NCBI RefSeq assembly: GCF_030684315.1
Contig: NC_081355.1
Coordinates: 85,460,924-85,524,923 of the forward strand
DNA length: 64,000 nucleotides
DNA from: Stegostoma tigrinum
Lineage: Eukaryota
Direction: 5' to 3'
Shown here: piece after piece, positions 1 to 13,093 of the stretch
How the letters are laid out: each line of letters opens with the position of its first letter
Numbering within the stretch: position 1 is the first letter of the stretch
The notes under the pieces: model-generated
Database searches by the model: none
Told to the model about the DNA's origin: nothing
Seen by the model: the letters and a program-made list of their open reading frames with translations, nothing else
Program-made: the position numbers and the translations under genes

Positions 1-769
1 ACAGCATGAGCTGAAAAACACAAAAAGAGTAAAAGTAATGATATTGGGGAGGCAAGTAGCAGCTGCTGAAGAAATTGTGCTTGGGTATTCCATTCTCGAG
101 ATGCATGACCTTGGAAGAAATAATACTGAAATTTGTTGGTACCAACAAGTTCAGAGCATAACAAATGTTAAAGCAGGAAACGTGAGAAATTGGATGAGAA
201 TATATATAGCTAAGGGTGAAAGGGATTCCCTGGCAAATATGGGTCCATGCAGATAAATACAAATGAACAATTGTAACTGCAACACTCCTAATCATAGTAC
301 ATATATAAGAGAATCAATGATTTCTAGAGACATAACGTACACTTAAATCGTAAAGGGTTAAAGAAAGTAATTTCCTTTTACTTAAGACGAGTAAGATGAC
401 TGTTAAATATTTGCAGGTCTGAGGAATTCTCTGTTGGCTCATTAGAATCAACACAGTGTGGAAACTCTTCATTTTCAGAAAAAAATTGTAGCAAGGTAGT
501 TTGTTAACAACTTGTGATTGTGCAGGTAAAACAAGTGAACACTGTTTCACTGCCTGAGTTAACATTCTTTGTGAGGTAAATCCAATCATCGTCAATGTGA
601 GATTATTGGTGAGCCAGTCTTTCTTGATGACACGTATCAACAACACCTTCCACAACTTTGCTGATGAGTGACACTAACTGGATATTCGATTTCTTGTGTG
701 TAATTCTAAATTGAGTTACAACAGATGTGCTTGGCAACAGTTCTCTGAAGGCAGCAGGACAGAGTAATA

Positions 770-1930
770 GGATAGTTAAGGAGGCATTTGGGACACTTGC
801 AATTATCTGTCAGGGCATAAGAGCAGGGAGGTTATTTTAGAGCTGTACAAACTTTTGGTCAGGCCACAGCTGGAGCACTGTGTGCAGTTCTGGTAATGAT
901 ACAATAAAAAGAATATAATTGTCCTGAAGGGGTTGTAAAGGAGATTCACCAGATGTTGAGGTTGGTTGGCTTGCCAAACTGGTTTCTTGTATTGCAGACA
1001 TTTTGTTCCCACGCTGGGTAACATCCTCAGTGCAGCCTCCGATGAAGCATTGTAAAAGTATTGTCTTTTTGTAGCCAGTTAGACACGACCAATACTCACT
1101 CATCTCAATCTACACGGACAAGGAGAACCACCATTTCAACTGGGGCAACACCAAAATCCTGGTACAAGCAGGCAGAGGCAGGCACAAGAACCCCTAGAAG
1201 TCTGGCACTCTACAAAGCATGCTATTAATAAACACAACGAACTCGACCCCATATAAATTCCACTACGAAGGAAAACCAGAAGTGAGGCAATCCAGCTCAA
1301 CGGACTCCAGAGTTTGAAAACCAGGTGGGAAGACACACCGATGGTTCATCGGAGGCTGTACTGAGGATGTTACCAGCATGGTAATGAAATGTCTGCAATA
1401 CAGGAAACAAGCTTGGTGAGCCAACCAACCTCAACACCCAAAATCTGAGCTGCAAATTTACTCCAAAACCTTAAACACCAGGATGTTACTTGAGATGGAG
1501 CATTTTAGCCAAGACGACAGGCTAGATAGGTTTGGGGCGATTTCTTTGGAGCAGAGAAGTCCTGGGGCAGGAGGACGTCTAGATTTCCAGAATGAGGTGT
1601 ATAAGATTATGAAGAACATGGGCAGGGTAGCTAAAAAATTGATATTTCCCTTGGTTGAAAGATCAATAATGAGGGGGCAAAATTTTATGGTAAAGGGCAA
1701 GAGGTTTAGAGAGGATTTGAGGAAATATTTTCATCCAGAGGGTGATGGGAATCTGGAATGCACTGCCCAGGAAGGTAGTAGAGGCAGGAAGCCCCGGAGC
1801 CTTTAAAATGTACATGGATGAACACCTGAAATCTCAAGACATTCAAAGTTATGGGCTGGAAAGTGGGATTAGTGCAGATAGGTACCACAGGATCTATGAG
1901 CTGAAGGGCCTCTTCTGACTGTATGACTGT
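770..1930 (+). mobile_element. CR1 LINE 3' fragment interrupted by the family-D PLE
   Basis: It reads LELYKLLVRPQLEHCVQFW before the insert and SLEQR...EVYKIMK after it, ending in a TGACTG tail. Confidence 0.8.
953..1480 (+). mobile_element. Poseidon-type Penelope-like element 3' fragment (family D) with inverted hammerhead-bearing termini, inserted into a CR1
   Basis: It encodes RHDQYSLISIYTDKENHHFNWGNTKIL, a GIY-YIG C-terminus. About 953-1050 is the inverted copy of about 1345-1436. The hammerhead reads TGTA-CTGAGGA(1361)-T-GTTACC-AGCAT-GGTAAT-GAAA-T-GTC-TGCA. The flanking CR1 resumes at a duplicated CACCA(G)GATGTT. Confidence 0.8.
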
Positions 1931-3749
1931 AAGATATAATGGTCAAAGTAATCGCCTTCACTATGCCACCGTAATATCATATAAGACTTAGTGAAAGGTT
2001 AACCTTATTGGGTAGTTCTTTTTTAAAAAGCATGAAATATAGACTTTGTAATTTAACAAGACGGAGTCAATAGAGAAAAACGACTTGTTTTATGGTTTTA
2101 GCACAACAGTGACAAGCATCATGCCTGAATATGTCTCCAAAAAGTTATTAAAGTGTAAGGTGTCAATGGTAGTGTTGGTGATGTTTTCTCCATTTCAATT
2201 AGACAGAGTTAAAGTTACAATGACTGTCAGACTTGCTGACCCAATGGAATTTCAAATAAAGACATTAAGGAGGCAATTTATGACTGGAGCTTTGATGCAA
2301 TATCATTTATTCTCCATTGTGTCAATCAAATCTGCATTCAACTCTTTCTATGGATAAAAAAATACATTGATACTGATATCACATGGCTGAAACTGATTGG
2401 AGAAGAAACTATAAGACGCAGGAGCAAAAGGAGGCCATTCAGCTCTGCTATTTAACCAAATCTTGGCTGATAATCTTCAACTCCACTTTCCTATCTTTTC
2501 TTAATAATTCTTGATTTCCTTATTGATTAAAAATGCATCTGTCTCAGTGGCCTTTTGCACTCCAAGAAAAATAAAATATTATCTCACTTGATTTAAATTG
2601 GCATCCATGTTTTTGGTTCTCTAATTCTTGCTTTCATTTCTCGCCTCTTACAGCCGTGATTCATTATGGAGTACTATTCTAGAACTAGCACAACTGTAAT
2701 AATTCGGTCATGTGATCAGTAATTACTGCTGGCAACTGCTGTAATTACATCCCTACAAGTTTACGTAGAAAATGTTCCGTTATTAATGTTGTCATGGGAA
2801 CTTCGAAAAATGACAGAAATGAGGGTAGATTAGCACCAGTTTCAAAGCTAATTCATTGCCACCAAAGGAAAAAAGTCTCTCAAAAAATTCTCTAACATTT
2901 TCTGGAAATTATACAATTGTTCAGCATCTTTTTACAAACTTACACAGATGCTGCTTTGTTCTAAATATAGAGGTTTAAGTATTGACAAATTTAAGCAGCA
3001 TTAGTACAAGTAGTGTAAAACATCTGATTAATCTAGAACCATCTAATATGGAACAAATTATCCGTTGACATTTTTATGAGCATTAGTGACAAAGTTTAAG
3101 ATCTCAAAGAGGAAACATCTGTAACGGGTACTGCTACAAAAATAAATACTGTAATGGTGAATGTTATAATAGAGCACAATGAAAATGTTGCATCTTGGGC
3201 TTTGGATTTCTAGATGTACATTTGTAAAATATTCTACATTTAAAAACTATACAATGAGTTTTCTAATACTTCTGCTGTTCAAATTTGAACAAATCATGTA
3301 AAACCCTATTTGTAGAGTCATAAACATGACCTGACAATAAAGCGACTCAGTTGACAACCACCCACTTAAAATATCATATCAGCATGTCATATTAACTACA
3401 ACTATCATGTTTCAGTTTGATATCCTCTGAAAGAGAAATGAAAACAACCTCTGTCTCATGGAAAATAAAGGGAAATACTTTTCCAGCGGCACTTTATTGC
3501 TGTGAATTTAGCCAAGTCGATCACATCTAAAAGGGCATGTTAACAAAAATAAAATTGTGAAATTGACCAGGAAATACAGCAAAACGAAATGGTGGATCAC
3601 AGAAGAGGAATGGTCGATAACAGGCAATGCTGATTTATTCATGGGGAATTTATTACTTACATAATGAAAGGTTAAACTCAGGAAATGTCAAAGATGACAA
3701 TGAATAATAGCCTTCTAATGCCTAACAGACATTTATTTCATTCATTATA

Positions 3750-4070
3750 TCATAGAATCACAGGTAGGAGCAGGGTCCATCCATCAGGGTCCACACCAAC
3801 CCTTTGAAGAACATACTGCCCACACCCACCTCTGAATCCATGCATTTACAAATGGTGAATCCACCTAGCCTGCACATCCCTGGACACTATGGGTAATTTA
3901 CCATGGCCAATCCACCTAGCCCGCACATCTTTGGACTGTGGATGGAAATTGGAGCACCCCAGAGGAAACCCACACAGACAGGGAGAACATGCAAACGCCA
4001 CACAGTTGCCCGAGGCTGGAATCGAACCCTGGTCCCTAGCACTGTGAGGCAGCAGAGCTAACCACTGAGT
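3750..4070 (-). mobile_element. HE1-type SINE (older copy)
   Basis: This is a reverse copy with the B box GGTTCGATTCC and a duplicated CCACCTAGCC(T/C)GCACATC unit. Confidence 0.85.
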
Positions 4071-4949
4071 TGTCATTTCATACATGGACAAATAATGAAG
4101 GAGCTAACAAACAAACTAAACTAAAATTATGAACAAAATCAGAAATTGGTGGAAAAGCTCAGCAGCTTTTCGAAAGTGCTGTTTTCTCTCCATAGATGCT
4201 GCTACAACTGTTGATCTTTTGCAGCAATTTCTGATTTTGTTTCCAATTTCCAGCATCCACAGCACTTTGTTCAAAAAGATAGAATTATCTTTGGTAATTA
4301 GTTCAGCTCGAACTGTGCCATAATCCCTGGCACTGTCCAATTCAGTAACTTATCCAAATCAGCTACAATATGAAGTAATGCACTGCACTTGCCAACCAGA
4401 TAAAAATATTTAAATGGAATGATCAGACAAAGATGAAAGATGACCATCACTTTTTAATAAAACATGGATTTCTAAACGCACTGTGATGAGAATGCAATAT
4501 TTGTTGGTGAAACAAGCGCCACTAGCGTTAGCCCCAAATACAACACAAGACAATTTTCTAATAAACAAAAAGGTATCAAAGTGACCAAAGAGTCAAAACA
4601 ATCATGTATCAGTGGAGTGATTTTAAATTGTCATTTTCAGCATTTTATGATTCATTAATTTGACATGCACATGATTTGAGTGAAATGGATTCCATGAAAA
4701 AGGACCTATAATGTTACACTGATATACAAAATAGTGCCAGTTGAAATCCCATATAGATGAATCCAAGGTTTTACACAATGTCTGGAAAGTGAATCTTAAG
4801 TGTATACTAAGGGGAAATATTAAAATAACTAAGACTAAAATAGATAAACATGTCGATGTGGTAGCAGATTTAACATATCAGGTCAGCAGTTAGTGAGGCT
4901 AAAACATCAATTAAAATAGTTGAGAAACAGAAAATAGTGTGAGATTTGA

Positions 4950-5046
4950 GGTAACAAAGTGTGGAGCTGGATGAACACAACAGGCCAAGCAGCACCTCAG
5001 GAGCACAAAAGCTGATGTTTTGGGCCTAGACCCTTCATCAGAGAGA
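4950..5046 (-). mobile_element. PLE-A terminal fragment with a decayed hammerhead
   Basis: The reverse complement reads CTGATGAAGGGTCTAGGCCC-AAAACATC. GAAACG has been lost through CpG decay. Confidence 0.8.
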
Positions 5047-6574
5047 CTGAGATTTGAGGGCAGTTTTCCCAGACTAGTTGGAGACAATGGCACCCAACAG
5101 CAGATTGAGCAGAGCATTCATTATTGCCCATTGTTTATATTAATTATTTGAATATGCATTTGGTATAAGTCATGTCAAACTTTGCTGCTGATAGCATCAT
5201 GAAGGATACAGTTAATCCTTTAGCAGTCCAAAGAAAGCTGCAAAGGAATATTGATAAAATGTTGAATAAAATTCATTATATAGTGATAATATATTCATTA
5301 ACTAAAAAAACCAGAGTGCACTCTGAACATAAGTAAATGGTCCTGTGGAAAAGCTGGAGGTTTTGGGAGCTCACACAAAAAACAACACCCACCCTCATTA
5401 AAAATCACTAAATGGAATTCTAGGTCTTCTTACCATTGACAAAAATACAAAAGCCAGAATGGAAAGATCAGACAGTCCCAATGGAGTGGAGAAAGAGGAT
5501 TGATATGGTGACAGAGAACATAACAAGCAAAGCTAAAAGAAAAAGAAGGAATGACAACGGGTTCACAATTTGAAATTGTTAAAATCGATATTGAGAAAAC
5601 GCACGTGAGTGGGCTAAATGAATTTTTTTTTTCCCAAAAATGTGCTCTCAATGGCTTCCTACAACATAAGTTTTATAACAGCTCAGTTGGACTGCTGTGC
5701 ACAATGTGGGGGTAGGCACAACAGCTTAGACAGGTTAAAATGCTGATGTCTGGAGGCATACAGGAAATACAAAAGCAAAGACTTGCAGACCTTATGCATG
5801 TTGAGGTATAGAAATCTTTGAAATTATAAAAGTTTGTAATAAGTTGAGGTGGAGAAGCGTGGAGGGACAGGGATGTATCATCCCCACTGATGAACATGTT
5901 TTGATGAACTTCTGTTGCAGTTAGTAACTTTACTGGCCATTTGATGTTTTTTGTTGTTACAGAATTACTATCTAACACAGTTAAGGTTTACTTTAAAGAA
6001 AGAAAAACAAGTGACAAATTTCACAACATTAGGATATCCCAAAGTGACTGAAAGTCAATGACACACTTTGTTTAAAAAAAAGTTAGGTGTGGCATTTGTT
6101 GCAATGTAGGGAGATATAGCAGTCAGTTTGAGTACTGCAAGGTTCCACAAATAGCAATCAAATAAATCTGTTTGTTGATGGTTGTATGTTGGCTACAAGA
6201 CTGGGAAGCTCTCCCATTCTTTTTCAAATAGGGTTATCGATTGCTTATGATCTTACGTTCATCTGAAAGAACTGTTCCAGACACAACACCTCCGACTTAA
6301 CAGCAAGTCCTTGATACTGTACAAAATGCCTGTCCAAACTCAATAATTATATTCATGAGGATGCAACAAATACCTGAAAGGGGAAAAAAAAGTACAGGAA
6401 AAACCAGAAGTGTGGATTAATTGGACAGTTTACCAAACAGCCAGCTCTCGCACAGTGGGGCCAACGGTCTTCTCCTGTGCTGTGATTTGCAATTCTTTGA
6501 CACTTCTAGAAACTGAATGAGTTGGATCAATGAATTGCTTCATGAATCGCTTCATGAATCTTCAAAAATAAGGA

Positions 6575-7910
6575 ATTCGATGATGTAGAGAAACGAGAAA
6601 ACTTGGTATTGTTCTTCTTAGAGCAGATAAGGTTCAAGGAAGATGTAAGAGACTTTGGTAGAGTAAATTTGGAGAAACCGACGATTGGTCAGTAATCAGA
6701 GAATGCAGGGTTAAGATAATTAGCACCTTATTCTTAAACTCTGCCCCTTAGTTCAAGTCTACCAGAAATGGTGAAATATCCTTTCAGAATCCATTAAGTT
6801 CCCCAAGAATCTTATTTATTTCAAGATGATCACCTCTCAGTCTATTAAACTCCAATTGTAAAATGCGTAAACTGTTCAACCTTTCTTCATAAGATGAGTC
6901 CTTCATTATAGAAATTCAAGAAGAAGAACAAAGAAAATTACAGTACAGGAACAGGCCCTTTGGCCCTCCTAGCCTGCACCAACATGCTGCCCATCACAAT
7001 TAAAACCCTTTACTCTTCCGGGGACTGTATCCCTCTATTCCCATCCTGTTCATATATTTGTCAAGACACCCTTTAAAAGTCACTACCTGCTTCCACTACC
7101 TCCCCTGACAGCAAATTCCAGGCAACCCCCCGCCCCCGTGTAAAAAAAACTTGCCTCGTACATCACCTTTAAAACTTGTCCCTCGTACCTTAAACCCACG
7201 GCCCCTGGTAACTGACTCTTCCACCCTGGAAAACAGCTTCTGACTGCCCACGCCCTTCATAATCTTGTAGACCTCTATGCGGTCACCCCTCAACCTCCAT
7301 CGTTCCAGTGAGAACAATCCAAGATTCTCCAACCTCTCCTCAAGGCTAATGCCCTCCATACCAGGCAACATCCTGATAAATCTTTTCTGTACCCTCTCCA
7401 AAGCCACCACCAGATCTGGTAGTGCGGCAATCAGAATTGAACACAATATTCCAAATGCAACCTAACTAAGGATCTATAAAGCTGCAACATTACCTGCCAA
7501 TTTTTAAATTCAATGCCCCGGCCGATGAAGGCAATTGAATGAACCTCCTCCAAATGGTTTCTGATGCAATTGTACCCTTATTTTCAAATAAGGAGACAAA
7601 AATAATTTACAGTCCACCATATGGTCTCACCAAAGCCTTTTACAGCTGTAGGAACATTTCTTAATTTTTATATTTCATTTCCTTGCAACAAATACCAACA
7701 TTCCTTTGGTTTTCATAATAATTTTCTGTACCTGCATACACAACTTTTTGTGATTCATCTACTGTACAAGGATAGCTAGATCCCTCTGTACAAGTTCTGT
7801 ATTTTCTATTCAAATACTATATTGCTTTTCAATTTTTCCTGACAAAGTCAAGAAATTAACATTTCCCAAATTATCTTGCCATTCTTTGCCCACTCACTTA
7901 ACCTCCCCTA
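6575..7910 (-). mobile_element. Cluster of CR1 3' fragments, with a younger copy (6920-7535) inside older ones
   Basis: It encodes ALERVQKRFIRMLPGMEG...LRGDRIEVYKIMKG. Confidence 0.85.
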
Positions 7911-9274
7911 ATCTTCAGTACGAATTGTAAACTATCCAAAATTTGCCACTCATATCTGTTTCATACTTCAATATATTATTTCTACTCTCAGTTACTGAAA
8001 TTGCCTCTCTAACCTTCAAACGATCTAAATGAAACCTAAACAAATCCCATCATGGCCTCACCTATCTTTGTAACCATTTCTTCCCGCAAGTCCTCTGGTT
8101 CTATATACACACCCTCTACCCCACAGTTCATGATTTAACATATAATCCCACTTTCTGAAACTCCACCACCCCTTACTTCTCAGAAACTCCTTAAAAAACC
8201 CTCTAATGATAGTAAATTCTAAGGGAAAATGACAATCAAAAGTGCAAAAACAAAGCATGAGAAGATAATGGGAGTGAACAAAAGTAAATCCAAATATTCC
8301 ATTGGCACATAAATAATAAAAAAAATAGGAAACAGAGAAGTGGGACCAATTAGGATGAAAGGCTAAAAAGGCGTGTGTGAGGTATGGCTGAGATACATAT
8401 TAATTTAATATTAATTCAGTACGTACCAAGCAAGACCTAAGTTCTAGGCATGACACTTATGAATGCATTAGAGTGTGTGCAGAAAAAGAAATCATGAGAA
8501 TTGTTCTCGGGTAAGAACTTCAGTTGTGAATAGATCTCAAAGGTGGCAGCAGTCTTGAGAATTAGAGGACATCAATTTAACGTGATTGACAACAAAAGAC
8601 AGACAACAGTGAAAAAAAAACTTTTTATAAGTAGTTGGGAATCTGAAACGCGCCGACAGTGTGGGGTGAAATCTGTTAAATCGATGCTTTCAAAACAGGT
8701 AGGGGAGTGGCACTAGTCCAAGATTCTGCACTAACACGATGAGCCAAATGGCCTGCTTTTGCTAGCACCATTCTCTAACCTGCTGTCCACTGTGGGAAAT
8801 TTTGTTTTGTGATTTAAAGAGATAATAAATGCGATTTGTTGAAATTGAGAATGAATCACTGAAGTGGCGTTTCTGTCTAATTCCTAACCGCCCCCACCCC
8901 GTCCTCTTCGTTAACTAAAAGCCCAGCTCCGAGAAGAGGATTCTGGTCTCGTTTAACCGGAGCTAATTTCTGAGACACCGGTAAAATAAATAAAATAAAA
9001 CTGCGGGGAGCTGGAGATGTGAAACAGAAATAGCTGCGGAGGAACTCAGCCGGTCTGGCAGCGCCTGTAGACTGACACCAAAACTGTGAAGAATAACTCT
9101 GCTTTCTCCCCACACAAGCGGCCAGCCCTGCCGAGTTCCTCCGCTTATTTCTGTCTTTTGTCACCCCGGCGTGCGGAACCAGTGACAGGCCCGGCCTGTC
9201 CCTTCCCTTCACCCCGAGCCGGGCTGCGATGAACCCCAGGTCCTGAGGCAAGAGGCTCGGCCTTTAACAGTTAC

Positions 9275-9451
9275 CTTCCGGAGGGAATCCCTCAGACTGT
9301 AATGCTCCTGAGTGTAGATAATGTCCTGAGGCGGTGACACCGAGCTTGTTTCACGGGCCGCCTTCTCCGAGTAACATCGGGCCCGGGCCCGGGCCCGGGC
9401 CCCGGCCCCGATCCGGCTCCGCAGGAACATCCGACACCCGCGGGAGACCAT
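9275..9451 (-). CDS. Coding exon 1 (59 codons) of a mitochondrial acyl-CoA dehydrogenase family gene, probably the 'probable acyl-CoA dehydrogenase 6' type. No downstream exons were found in the window.
   Basis: The ATG has a strong Kozak context (ttaaccATGG) within a CpG island. Translation: MVSRGCRMFLRSRIGAGARARARARCYSEKAARETSSVSPPQDIIYTQEHYSLRDSLRK. This is an Arg/Ala/Ser-rich, acid-free presequence followed by an ACAD N-terminal helix motif (YTxEHxxLRxSLRK). The exon ends at a phase-0 donor, AAG|GTAACT, at 9275/9274. Confidence 0.75.
9379..9402. repeat. Self-complementary (GGGCCC)4 repeat inside the ACAD exon
   Basis: Read directly from the sequence. It encodes ARARARAR on the minus strand. 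Confidence 0.95.
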
Positions 9452-9742
9452 GGTTAACTGAGAGTGCGCAGGCGCCGCAGCAGATGGGGTAAAGCGGGGG
9501 AAATTGGAGACAGTGACCCGGGGGCTAGGGGACGGGATCCCAAGGGAGGGTGATAGGTGTCAGTATCACGGGGAAGGAGGACTCAGTATCTTGAAGAAAG
9601 TCAGTACCCGGGGGGCAGGCATGGTCAGTATCCTGGGTGAAGGTCAGTGATCACATTCAGAGGGGGTATGGTGTACTGATTAAGTGACTAGGATAAGACG
9701 AATGGTGGGGTAGAGATGGTTAAACAGAAGGAGCAAGCGAGT

Positions 9743-9833
9743 GATGAAGGGTCTAGGCCCGAAACGTCAGCTTTTGTGCTCCTGAGATGCTGCTTGGCCT
9801 GCTGTATTCATCCAGCCTCACATTTTATTATCT
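9743..9833 (+). mobile_element. Stand-alone 91-bp PLE-A terminal fragment carrying a partial hammerhead
   Basis: A perfect 14-bp TSD, AGGAGCAAGCGAGT, is at 9729-9742 and 9834-9847. The insert starts GATGAAGGGTCTAGGCCCGAAACGTC. Confidence 0.85.
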
Positions 9834-12417
9834 AGGAGCAAGCGAGTTGTCGGTTGAGGGTGTTGATGGAATGGTGCAGGGTCTGGGTCAGGGTTGGGGT
9901 GTATGCATTTGGGGGAAGACAGCGTAGAGAGCCCGTGGGCTGGAGGTTTTCGTGGTAAGTGCCAACATTCTGAAGATGAGTCATTCTGGATTCAAGACAT
10001 TAACACTGTTTGTATCCCTATAGAAGCTGCCTCGAGTTTCTGTAGCACATTCAGCTTCTTATCACTGTGGAACATCTTGAAGCTATAGTGTGTTGACTAC
10101 TTGCACCACTCCAAAGGTCATCACCAAATTTGTTAAATCTGGCAGCTGGGAGTACTTACTTATATATTAAGAAAACTCAGTGGTGCGTTTGCAAACCTAG
10201 CAAATTTGCTTAAATTAAAGAATGCCAATGGCTTTGCACAGCCTACACTTCAGTAGAAGGTAGTTCAAACACAATACATTTTTGTGAAAGTACAGCATAT
10301 GCTGAAAAGTCACAAAATGCAAAACCTAAAGATTACTATTAGTAAATGAAGTGAGATTCATTTTTAGGTTAAAGTTTAACCTGTTTGGTACATTTCGTTT
10401 TGTAAACTAAATGCCATTTAACTTGCTAAATTGGATGTGAATGAGTTCAAAGTCTAGTACTCAGAACAGTTCCACTAATGTTGACTGCTCTCTGTAGCAA
10501 TGTATTTGCTTGTTATTGTGAAAAACAAATCAAACACATTGATTGCAAAATACGTTGAACAGCTATAGGAATACCCATTTCTTTATTTTTCCGAAAGGAA
10601 ACTGGAAACAAAGGTGACTTCACAAGCATTAATGGAAAAATATACTTGTATAAATCAAAGTCTATATTATGTAATTTTAGTGAAGTTTATAATCAGCAAT
10701 TCTGTAGCAGAATTTTTCAAGGAATTAACAAAAAAAAACTGGGGATACTGGAAATCAAAAAAAATTACTGGGAAAACTCATCAGGTCTGTCAGCGTCTAT
10801 GGAGAGAGAGCAGAGTTAATGTCTCAGGTCCAGTGATCCTTCAGAAGCAATTTCAGCAATTTATGTTTTGTTCCAGGAATTCTTCTGCAGAAAAAATTTC
10901 ACTTCAGAAATATACTGTTTATTATTTCATATAAATAGCATAGGAGAAGAAATTGACCCAGTGCCTGGCTCACATTTGTTCCTTGACTCTTAAAATATAT
11001 AACATTTTAAAAATGATTTGGAAATGTTTTTGAGATCTTGCTGTTTGCAAATCCTACCTTATTTTAATAGCTTTTAATGGCTTTAAAGCACATTGGGATG
11101 GCCTTAGGTCTTGAAATGTCCTCTATAAATGCATCTTTTTCTACAGTAGTATCCAAATATACTATAAAAATTATTAATTTAGAAATAATTATAGCATTTT
11201 AGGAATTTTGCAGTGTACTCTGTACAAAATTTTCATAAACACAAATACTTTTCTCAGAAACTTTTTCAGATACTCTTAAATTTTAAGATGTAAAGGCATT
11301 TCAATCACAAGACAAAGGGTCTGCAGGAAAGGAACAAAAAAGGGAGTTTGTTTTCAATTGTAGATTAAGTGATACTCTGTATAATAATCAACTGAATTAT
11401 TGAATTGTACCATGACATACTGGCTTTGTTATATTCTGTAAATTATGCAGCATGGGGACATTGTTTTTCAAGTTGCTAACCAAGCTACAAGACCAAATTT
11501 AATATATTTGGGGCTCTCTACAAACTGCAGAAAATCTATATTGTACTATAGAAAACCTTCCATCAACATTTCTAAAAAAAGTACTTAATTTTGACTTGTT
11601 TTATGTTTCTACATCATTCATTCTAAGATCCAACACATTATTCACGACTCAATCATTTGGACTTGCATTCTGTGATTACACTTTCTTGCCAGTGAGAACA
11701 CCGGCTTAGTTTTGTGTCCCCAGCTCTGCTATCACCATTATTGCAACTAAACCTACATCTCTGCTTTTAAAATTGCTGTATGTTCTGCTAATTAAGTAAA
11801 ACAACATAAAATCACAATATCACACAAAATGAGATCAGAATGTACGAACTTGAAATAGAGTCCCATGTGCATGCTTTTGTCAAGTTAGCCCTCCTCCCAG
11901 CGGATGTCACATTATATTCTTGGATTAGTACAAGACATAACATTTGCTATTTGCACTCAAATTACTTTTTACTCATTCTTCCTCCCCAACTAAGATGACC
12001 TTTACATTGTTCACACTGCCCCACTAAGAAGCACATTTTCCTTTACGCATTCCTGCATTTGAAACAGACTCATCGTGTATTTATTCACCCCACTGAGAAG
12101 CACTGTCACTTTGTCCAAACTTCCTCACTCAGAAAGAATATTACTTTAGACCCGAGGGACTCCTTAATGGCTCCTATGATCTCAAGCAGACTCATGATAT
12201 TCAGCTTTGACCATACAAAGTAAAACATTTTGTTCCCCATCTGTCACCAACTGAGAATCAAGCTTGCCCCAGAACGCCTCCCCAATGCAGCACATCTTTG
12301 CCCTCACCTGCCCCAGGTTTACCTTAATCTGAAACGTCCTCTCAGCTAAATACTGATTCAGCTGTGTGTCTGCCATCCCCTCCACCACTCTCACCCAAGC
12401 AACATCTTGAGTTTGTA

Positions 12418-13093
12418 AGATAATAAAATGTGAACCCCGCAAACCATTTCCACTCCCCCTCCCATTCTTTAGATGACATGTCCATCATGGGCCTCCTGCA
12501 GTGCCACAATGATGCCACCCGAAGGTTGCAGGAACAGCAACTCATATTCCGCTTGGGAACCGTGCAGCCCAATGGTATCAATGTGGACTTCACCAGCTTC
12601 AAAATCTCCCCTTCCCCCACCGCATCCCAAAACCAGCCCAGTTCGTCCCCTCCCCCCACTGCACCACACAACCAGCCCAGCTCTTCCCCTCCACCCACTG
12701 CATCCCAAAACCAGTCCAACCTGTCTCTGCCTCCCTAACCTGTTCTTCCTCTCACCCATCCCTTCCTCCCACCCCAAGCCTCACCTCCATCTCCTACCTA
12801 CTAACCTCATCCCACCCCCTTGACCTGTCCATCTTCCCTGGACTGACCTATCCCATCCCTACCTCCCCACCTATACTCTCCTCTCCACCTATCTTCTTTT
12901 CTCTCCATCTTCGGTCCGCCGCCCCCTCACTCCCTATTTATTCCAGAACCCTCACCCCATCCCCCTCTCTGATGAAGGGTCTAGGCCCGAAACGTCAGCT
13001 TTTGTGCTCCTGAGATGCTGCTGGGCCTGCTGTGTTCATCCAGCCTCACATTTTATTATCTTGGATTCTCCAGCATCTGCAGTCCCCATTATC
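12418..13093 (+). mobile_element. 5'-truncated Penelope-like element (family A): GIY-YIG C-terminus, 3' pLTR with hammerhead, and a short inverted 5' cap
   Basis: It encodes ANHFHSPSHSLDDMSIMGLLQCHNDATRRLQEQQLIFRLGTVQPNGINVDF, a PLE endonuclease tail. A 16-bp TSD, ACATCTTGAGTTTGTA, is at 12402-12417 and 13094-13109. The 5' end AGATAATAAAATGTGA is the inverted copy of the 3' TCACATTTTATTATCT. Confidence 0.9.
12965..13000 (+). ncRNA. Minimal type-I hammerhead ribozyme motif with an intact core
   Basis: The motif reads CTGATGA(12969-12975)-A-GGGTC-TA-GGCCC-GAAA-C-GTC. Predicted cleavage is after 12996. Stem III is reduced to the palindrome ACGT. Confidence 0.75.

Larger units (their letters stand above)
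9000..9620. promoter_or_regulatory. CpG island and promoter of the ACAD gene, with an NRF1-like site
   Basis: This is the only long GC- and CpG-rich stretch in the window. TGCGCAGGCGC at 9465-9475 matches the NRF1 consensus (GCGCAxGCGC) and lies just upstream of the ATG. Confidence 0.65.

Noticed and set aside
314-660. ACAD exon 2 or another host exon
   Set aside because: The recognisable part (ISKVVEGV / WLTNNL..GF) resembles a decayed LINE RT segment, not ACAD.
9558-9660. CRISPR-like repeat-spacer array
   Set aside because: This is a short degenerate minisatellite in a vertebrate genome, with no constant repeat/spacer structure and no cas genes.
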